From Callorhinchus milii (lineage: Eukaryota), in assembly GCF_018977255.1 (NCBI RefSeq), contig NW_024704742.1:64606001-64670000 (forward strand): 64,000 nt of DNA. The letters are read 5' to 3'. This document shows positions 1 to 64,000 of the stretch, piece after piece. Both the position numbers and the translations under genes were made by a program. Under the pieces are notes generated by a model. That model made no database searches and was not told the origin of the DNA. It saw only the letters and a program-made list of their open reading frames with translations. How positions within the stretch are numbered: the stretch's first letter is position 1; each line of letters starts with the position of its first letter.

Positions 1-1137
1 GATTCTGGGTCATATTTCATTGCATATTAGGGCTAGCTTTTTTTTCTAATAACTGAAAGATCATTCCCCAGCAGTACCATAGCCCAAAGGCTGAGCCAAG
101 ATCATTCATTTCATCCACTACAGAATAGCACTTACAAGCCTGAGAGCAAGAATTGTAATTGTAAATGTCACTCAGCTTTATATACAAAAAGGGAAATCCA
201 CTAAGCATATGGAAATGCCACTATTTCTTTTCTAAAATATAATTGTATTATAGTTCAGGGTAACAAATGCATCAACAAATGATACTCATCAGTGAAACAA
301 TTAATCAAAGCAGCCAGTTATCAATATCTGAGAGGAGGATTTTCACAAAGATTCAGAACTTCTGATTTACAGTGCTGATAGCAAACGGCTCAGACACAAC
401 ACAATGGTGATGTAAAGAAACAAATCTGCTGGGGGAGGGAGGGAGAGGGATAGAAGAGGAAATATAAAGAACGCAGATTTTCCTGCATGTTCAAGATCCC
501 AATAGACCCAGAACGTTAAGGGATAATGTCCTAAATTTGTAATTTTTCCTACAACTACAGAGTCACTACACATCACAGTAAAAATATTGTGAAGCACTTG
601 AGACTTTTCAATGACGTAATGAGTCGCTATATTATGTGCAAGGGTCATTATCATTTTAGTTTTCCAACAGAGAAATTAATAGATAGTTTTAAGGAGAGAG
701 AAAAATAAATCTTTAATCCAGATGTCAAGGCCCTTTCTTAGAAAGCAGCAATGAGCTGGGCATAATATCTATTTATTAAAGCACTGGGAAATGATGAGAC
801 TACTGTGTGATAGACAGCTGTCAGGTTACAACTGAAGGGGCTCGGGTGACAACTTTTGGTTTATCTGAACTGGTTTTGAAACTTCCAAAACATGGCTCTT
901 GGGAACAATTAAATTACTTGTAACAATATGAAATGTATAACCCACTGAATGTTATGCTTTTCTTTAAACAGGTTGGGGGAAATTAGGTCAAAATCTGTTA
1001 ACAGTCTAATCTTGCCTCATTGCATTTGCCTTTGTAGATTCATACATTTACAACGCAGGAGATTACTTAGTCCATTATGTTAGGTGCTGATGCTAGCTTT
1101 TCTAACGGAGTTATCTACTCATCCCATTCTACGTGGA

Positions 1138-1441
1138 GTCCTGTAGCTCAGTGGTTAGAGCACTCGCTTTGCGAGTGAGAGACCTGAGTTCAATTCCAGG
1201 CAGCGTGAAACCTTGGGCAAGTTTCCTTACTCCACACAGAGCCTAATAATAATCCCTCCAAAAAAACAAAACAATAATCAATTGGTCATTTTCAATCTAC
1301 GACTGTTTGTGGGATATTGCTGTGCGCAATTGGCTGCCGCGTTCGCCGACAAATATACAGTCAATTCACTTTACAGTATATTCTGTGAAGCGCTTTGGGG
1401 CGTCCTCCCAACGTGAAAAGCGCTATATCAAATGCAAGGAT
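1138..1441 (+). mobile_element. tRNA(Ala-like)-derived SINE with L2-type 3' tail (family A, short-body form)
   Basis: A box TAGCTCAGTGG (1144), anticodon-like arm CTCGC-TTTGCGA-GTGAG, B box GTTCAATTCC (1188); tail AGCGCTTTGG..TGAAAAGCGCTATATCAAATGCAAGGAT; near-identical copy at 24014-24328. Confidence 0.9.
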
Positions 1442-3028
1442 AATCCTGGAGGCGAAGAACAACCCCAGGCTACTGTTTTCCACCACATCCCGACTCCTCC
1501 GTCCCCCCCGCCACCCCGCGCAGGTCATCTCCTCCAACCTTCACTGCGAGGAGATGCTGGATTTCCTTGAATCCAAGATCAAGGGAATCCGCTCCGCGGT
1601 CACTTCCCCTCCAACTTCCACCCACCACCCACCCCTTCCCTCCCACACTCCGACTCCTACCCATCCTCCCCTACACACCTTCGTACCCGTTTCCCCACCC
1701 TCTGTCACTGAACTCATCCTATCCCTAAAACCAACCACCTGCTCCCTTGACCCCATCCCCACTCCACTCCTTATCTCCCAGCTCCACTTTCTTGCCCCAC
1801 ATATCACTGACATCATCAACCTGTCCCTCTCCTCTGGCTCTGTCCCCATTCCATTAAAAACTGCCATCATCACGCCCACCCTGAAAAAACCCTCCCTTGA
1901 TGCGTCGCAGCTATCAAGCTACCGGCCCATCTCCAACCTCCCCTTTCTCTCCAAGGTCTTGGAAAGAGTTGTCGCCTCCCAACTGCGCTCTTTCCTCTCC
2001 ACCCATTCTCTTTTCGAACCCCTTCAGTCAGGTTTCCGTGCTGCTCATAGCACAGAAACTGCCCTGGTCAAGGTCACCAATGATATCCTGACCATCTGTG
2101 ACCAGGGCTCCCTCTGTCTCCTCGTCCTCCTCGACCTATCGGCAGCATTCGATACGGTCGACCACGCTATCCTACTCCACCGCTTGTCCTCCCACCTCAA
2201 CCTTCAAGGCACTGTCCTTGAATGGTTTAGCTCTTACCTTTCCCACCGTCTTCACTTCGTCTCAACGAATGGCTTCTCCTCCACCCCCCGTACTGTCTCA
2301 TGTGGTGTCCCTCAGGGCTCTGTCCTCGGTCCCCTCCTCTTCACCCTCTATATGCTCCCCCTCGGTGACATCATCCGCAAACATGGGGTTAACTTCCACA
2401 TGTATGCGGATGACACCCAACTCTACCTTTCCTCCTCTACTCTCAACTCCACGACCACCGATGTCCTGACAGCTGCCTGTCCGACATCGAGTCCTGGACG
2501 AGAGACAACTTTCTTCAGCTCAACGTGCGAAAAACCGAGGCCCTCCTGATTGGCTCACGTCAGCGCCTCCGCACCTCAGGCGCTGACACCATCAGCATCC
2601 AAGGCTGCACTCTCCACCTCTCAAAGCCAGTCAGGAACCTCGGCGTTTTGTTCGACCCTGAGCTGTCCTTTCTCCCTCACATCCGCACCACAACTGGCAC
2701 CGCCTTCCATCACCTCCGGAATATCGCCAGACTACGGCACTACCTCACCCCTCACGCTGCTGAAACCCTGGTTCACGCCTTTGTCACCTCAAGGCTGGAC
2801 TATGGGAACTCTCTCCTCGCCGGCCTTCCCGGCACCTCCCTCCACAAGCTGCAGGTCATTCAGAACTCCCTGACCATTTCCCCCCCTCCTCGTTCCCTCC
2901 CTTCCCTTCCCTCACCCTGACCATTTCCCCCCTGCTCGGGTCATGACCCAACTGTGCAGCGCCTTGGGACGTCCTCCTGACGTGAAAGGCGCTCTATAAA
3001 TGGAATCTTGTTGTTGTTGTTGTTGTTG
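1437..3028 (+). mobile_element. L2-clade LINE, 5'-truncated young copy with ~420-bp internal deletion
   Basis: RT motifs [46 protein letters not shown]; highly similar to 35148-37122; ends in hairpin + (TTG)n. Confidence 0.95.
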
Positions 3029-3968
3029 TATTATTATTATTACTGCTCTTTCCTTATACTCTATTTCTCCTCATATTTAGCTGTTTCCCACTAATTCCTA
3101 TTAAGGACTATGTTCTAATTACCACTTGTAATAAAGCATTACATATTATTACAATCCAATGTTTAAAAAAATACTTTGGAGTAAAGAGTCCATATATTCA
3201 GGATTTTCAATCACTGAGTTGTAGAAATAGTCTCACTAATTACCCTAGCAAAACCATTCAGTTTTGGAAACCTGTATTAGATTAATTATTGTTTGTGTCA
3301 ATTTAACACGATTATCTCGGTCCACAGAACAACGACGACAAATTACACTTGTATTGCAGCTTTCACTTTGGAAAGACATCCCAGGGAGCTGAAACTGACT
3401 TAACAAGAAACAAGGAGCTTCTCCTTCCAGAATACAAGTTAGCCTCTAATGTTCAGTAAACCCTGATCCAAATACATAACAATTTGAATTTATATCTCAC
3501 CCTTCAAGTGAAATAATCATAGAGGAGCTCCTGTACACACAAAAATTGGTTGGCTAGAAAAACTATATAAAGAAAATTCAGGATGGCACAAGAAATGCAG
3601 ATTACACTGTGCTAACATAACAAAGATTTATCTGAGTTTAGTTCCCAACTGTTCCTCTTAGTTGGATATTTTGCACTCGGACCAAACTGGTACTAGGGAT
3701 AAGCATCATGACTTTGGATGCAGAGCAAAAATTGGTGGGGACCTGCAGACATGGATGCAAATATAACATTCTGTGCTGCATCATGCCATGATACAGTTGT
3801 ACAAACATCCATTTAACAATTTTTCTTAGTAAATTAACCATTTTTAAGGAATTTTAAATATATGCTGTGAAAACAATGTTCAACATATTAGAAGTCTTTG
3901 TTCTTTGGACAATACAATCATTTGTTCACTAAATCAAACGTTTGTTCTATAAAATGGTATATACTTAC

Positions 3969-59790
<55,822 letters not shown>

Positions 59791-60258
59791 CTGCATGCAA
59801 TGGAAGAGAAAGACAAGAAAAGAAGACAAGAGATATAGTGCCCATTCTATACTCAAGAGAAACTGCTGTCTGCTACCAGAACTTAGATAATTTTCATTGC
59901 AAAAGAGGATAATGAAAGGACAGCATTTAAAACATTCAATATCAAACTGTTTTTTCTTTCAAATTACTCCTGCAGATTTAGAAAAGTTCCATCGCTAGCA
60001 GTGTGCAACTAATTTTCTTCTTACTAAACGAACAGCCAGGTGAGAAATACAACGATCAGATGAACATAGCAAGTCACAAACAAAAATTTCAGCCAGCAAT
60101 CAGAAATCAGCATTGACCATTTGTGGGCAATGTGCATTCAGCACAATGACCTCCTATGTTCCATTTGTTCAAAGTTTTGATGCAACAGTTAAGAGTGTGG
60201 AGAAAATGATGAACATCTGTGTATAATTCAACTTGTGGTGCATTGTCTCCAAGCTTTA

Positions 60259-60996
60259 CAACAACAACAAGATCCCATTTATAGAGTGCCTTTCACGTCG
60301 GGAGGACGTCCCAAGGCGCTGTACAGTTGGGTCAGGACCCGAGGATTGGGGGGAAATGGTCAGGGTGAGGGGAGGGAAGGGAGGGAGCGAGGAGGGGGTA
60401 GAGAGTCGAGAGAGGAGCTGAAGGCACGATCAAAGAGAAAGGTCTTGAGACCGGCCTTGAAGGAGGAAAGGGAGGAAGCGGCGAAGGCACTGAGGGATGG
60501 AGTTCCAGAGCCTCGGGGCTGAGAGGCTGAAGGCCCGACCACCGATGGTAGGGCGGTTGGGGCGGGGGGGTGTGGAGCAGACCGGAGCCAGTGGAACGGA
60601 GGGTACGGGCAGGTAAGTAGGGGGATAGTAGGTCGGAGAGGTAGGAGGGAGCGAGGCCGTGAATGGCCTTGTAGGTGAGGATAAGGATCTTGAATTCGAT
60701 CCTCTGGGGGATGGGGAGCCAGTGGAGGTGAGCGAGGGTGGGAGTGATGTGGTCCTGGTGCGGGACAGGACACGAGCTGCAGAGTTCTGAATGACCTGCA
60801 GCTTGTGGAGGGAGGTGGCGGGAAGGCCGGCGAGGAGAGAGTTCCCATAGTCCAGCCTTGAGGTGATAAAGGCGTGGACCAGAGTTTCAGCCGCGTGAGG
60901 GGTGAGGCAGTGCCGTAGTCTGGCGACATTCCGGAGGTGATGGAAGGCGGTGCCAGTTGTGGCGCAGATATGAGGAAGAAAGGACAGCTCAGGGTC
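60259..60996 (-). mobile_element. L2 LINE young 3' fragment
   Basis: Reverse-complement near-identity to 36331-37122, including hairpin and (TTG)n tail. Confidence 0.95.
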
Positions 60997-61550
60997 TTTA
61001 GATGGGGAAGAAAATCATCAGTGTTACTGCTTCTATTGAAATCAAATGCACAATTACCAGAAGTTAAGAAATCCATTCCTTCATTTCTCTAAGAGGCCAA
61101 GCCGGCAGCGATCACTCTCCAATCCTCTGGAACAATTGTAAAACCGATGCCATACTACTTTTTCTCCCCAGCAAAACCGAGTGAAGACTTAGGTTGCGTC
61201 TTCATTCACCTCTAAATGTGAGGCGTTCTTTTGCATGAAAATTGCTATAGATCACTGTTGCCTCTCAAACACAAATTTCAAAAAGTATTTCTACAACGAT
61301 ATAAAATGCAAGGATTATTATTGTTACCTTTTTATCACATTCACTACCTGGGCCCTAGAAGTCTTACTTCATTTCTAACATCCAACTGTTTCTGGATGTT
61401 TCTGGAAGGCTCAGCATTCCGAGACGCTGCCCTTCCTGAAGGGCACTATATAAATGCAAGCAGTTGTTGTTGAGGCTGAGAAGGCGTTGGATAACTGTAG
61501 CTGATTAACAGCATGGCATGGAGACTTCAGGTTGGATCTCCAGGGTACAA

Positions 61551-61897
61551 TAATAATAATTCTTGCATTTGATACAGCACCTGATCACGTCGTTGAGACG
61601 TCTCAAAGCGCTTCACAGAATACATTGTAAAGTAATTGACTATATTTTGTGGGTGAAACGCAGCAGCCAATTGCACACAACAGTGTCCCACAAACAGTCA
61701 TGGATTGAGTCACCAAAGGGATTATTACCCCCGGAAAGCAATCCACCAATCAACTACTAACTGGGTTCCAACTTACTGCTAGGTAAACAGAGGAGCGTGG
61801 AGCAAAGAAACCTGTCTAAGGTTTCGCCCCACCTGGGAACCGAACCCAGGTCCTCTTGCTTGCAAGACAAATGCTCTAACCAATAGGCTACAAGACT
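61551..61897 (-). mobile_element. SINE family A, long-body form (full length)
   Basis: Head (reverse complement) GTAGCCTATTGGTTAGAGCATTTGTCTTGCAAGCAAGAGGACCTGGGTTCGGTTCCC; tail AAGCGCTTTGAGACGTCTCAACGACGTGA..(TTA)n. Confidence 0.88.
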
Positions 61898-62877
61898 CGA
61901 AAGAGGTTCACTGGGAGCTTCAAACTATTCTGTCTGAAAGACAGCTTTCCTGAAACTGTATTAAGTAGCTGGGCACCTATGTAAAGGTGTGGTCATCTTT
62001 ATTGGAAAGAGACTCCATCTAGCAGCCTCTGCTCCCAGCCACAGAGGATCCACATGAATCATTGAGTTCTGATGGAGGAAAAAAAGACTGCAAGAGAAAA
62101 CAAGTCTCCCCAGAGCACTCTTGTTCTTTTTTTAAAAAAAAGTTTGATAGCAGCAATGTACAAATGGTCAGATTCCTGGGGACTTGCATGGAGGGGTTAA
62201 AAATGATTGTTGAAAGAACTAGTTTTCCAAGAAAGTGAAGAGACTCTTGAAATAATCTGCTTGGACACTAATATACAACAATAAGCAGGTCTTCCCTCTA
62301 CTAGGATATGGTTTTAGCTATGACAATCAAGCTATGAAGCTTGCTTGCAAAACTGCAGCCTTTCTGTGAAGGCCTACTTTTAGGAAGAAGTTTTAATTTT
62401 GCTGGGTCAAAGAATTATTCTAACTAATCACAAAATAATGCACCTCAGTCAATAATTTTGCAATCGCTGTTTGGATGTCTTGTAATATTCCAAAGAACCT
62501 TGGCATGGCTGCAAATTGTGCAGCAGATATCTTCCATCTGGCTATTTGAAGAACATCCTCAATAAAGTGAAAAAATTGCCTTGGACGCCTGGGGATCCAA
62601 CGACTCATGCCAGAGACTTCTTTCTTGGTTGCTCCTGGGGTGGGAGTAACTGATGAGTTACTGCAAGCTCCTTAATGGCATCAAAGACAGAAGAGTGCGA
62701 GTACTAAGAATTTACAGATAGCAGGGCTTTCCAATAAGTGCCAGGACTATATCTATCTATCTCGCTGTGGAACTGACTGCAGCTCTTGTGAGAGCTCAAA
62801 GAGTAGGAACCATCACATTAAGTGGCACTAAGCACTGACATAACAAGGTTAAACCCTCAACTTTCTGGATAACAGTC

Positions 62878-63050
62878 AGCCTGGCTCAGTTGGCAGCACT
62901 CTCACCTCTTAATCAGAGGTTGTGGGTTTAATATTTACATCAGCTACTTGAACTAACAGTCTACACCGACACTTCAGCACACGCTGTGGGAGCGATGCAA
63001 TGTCAGAGATGTTAACCAAGGTCCCGTCTGCCTGTTCAAGTGGGATTTAA
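62878..63050 (+). mobile_element. Deu-domain SINE 5' half (family B), followed by an old minus-strand L2 fragment (63060-63380)
   Basis: TGGCTCAGTTGGCAGCACTCTCACCTCT..GGTTGTGGGTTT..GGTCCCGTCTGCCTGTTCAAGTGG. Confidence 0.7.
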
Positions 63051-64000
63051 AAAGTAGAGTCAGGTGAGGGTGGGTATGATCGGTTCACAGAGCTTGGTAA
63101 GGGAAAGGGAAGAATTGGTACGTCTGGCAAGCAGGGAGTGAACATAGTCAAGCCTGGATGTGATAAATGCGTGAATGAGGATCTTGGCGGCTTGAGGGGA
63201 GACCGAGGTGGAACCGGGCGATGTTGCCGAGGTAGGGGAAGGCAGAACGGATCATTGCATAGATGTAGAGTTTGAAGGCTAGTTGAGGGTCGAACAGGAC
63301 ACCAAGGTTTCATACTGGCTGTGTGAGGTGGAGAGTACATCCATGACACTATACTGCAATGCCAGGGAGGACCACAGAAATCTTTTTTTGCTCTTCTTGC
63401 AAGCAAGTCCTGAATATAATACATTTATTATTTATTATTTATTATTTATTGTAGGTGCACAACTGTATTGTTTCCCTTCAGCATTCAGTAGTGCCTTGGG
63501 ACATCCTCCCGACGTGAAAGGCGCTATATAAATGTAATTTTGTTGTTGTTGTAGCTGGATTGTAATCTGTCCACACAGCAGTCGCAGATATTAATTTTTG
63601 TTTCCATGAAGTATCTTAATTTCTTCCACAGGACGAGTCCAACATTTATTTCGTGTGAAGCAACTACACACGTTCCTGCAGTAGATTCCATTTCAAACAT
63701 CTGATATTGGCAAAGGCCCAGTCAGAATCCAAGATTCACAAATATACAAGACAACCTGACAGTTGTGCCAAGAACTATATGCATTACCTCATTGCTGCCT
63801 GAGTACAAGTATACAGTACAGATGAAATTTCATCAACAAATCGTGCACACATTTTCTCCAGTTTGCATCATCCACCTGTTTCCACTTGTTGATCATTATG
63901 GTATTAACCTTTTCCAAATTAAACAATATTTGTCAGGCAACAAAAAACTGCACTAACGTAAGAAGCATTGTATGTTTAATGCTTGCACTAAATTCTGACA

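Noticed and set aside
367..654. HTT exon 49 or another gene
   Set aside because: No similarity to the expected exon 49 peptide; AT-rich intronic sequence
1138..1210. tRNA-Ala(UGC) gene (also 24014-24085 and 61825-61897)
   Set aside because: A/B boxes and anticodon arm are present, but there is no convincing acceptor stem and each continues into a SINE body and tail; these are SINE heads
1395..2549. Functional or domesticated reverse transcriptase
   Set aside because: Starts at a non-ATG codon inside a SINE, lacks the endonuclease and is frameshifted just after YADD
62420..62608. HTT exon 9 or a small ORF gene
   Set aside because: No match to the exon 9 peptide (HNVVTG..RSRSGS) and no supporting splice structure

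Overview
Vertebrate genomic DNA, most likely a cartilaginous fish (inferred from the shark-type L2/CR1 LINEs, Deu-domain SINEs and Penelope-type repeat; a holocephalan such as the elephant shark is plausible but unproven). The whole window lies inside the huntingtin (HTT) gene on the minus strand. I mapped 39 consecutive coding exons, equivalent to human exons 10-48 (59790 down to 3969, about 5.46 kb CDS, about 1,820 aa). All have GT-AG boundaries, consistent phases and, for most exons, the lengths I recall for the human orthologs. Exons 1-9 (including polyQ) and 49-67 were not found in the window. The introns are dense in retroelements: a near full-length single-ORF L2 LINE (33463-37122) with several young truncated copies, older L2 and CR1 fragments, at least three tRNA-derived SINE families and an unclassified ancient repeat. 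Highlights: (i) a 136-bp Penelope-type element with a 12-bp target-site duplication that begins with a minimal hammerhead ribozyme core; (ii) in-frame alternative donors that could extend HTT exon 12 by 45 aa, changing the caspase-6 site context, and exon 11 by 6 aa; (iii) a 22-aa exon 24 extension that forms an RxRxxS motif; (iv) young L2 copies sharing frameshifts, pointing to a non-autonomous master; (v) a LINE/SINE 3' hairpin with a compensatory base change; (vi) a 90-bp near-perfect intronic hairpin. Most short ORFs in the supplied track are spurious or repeat-derived.
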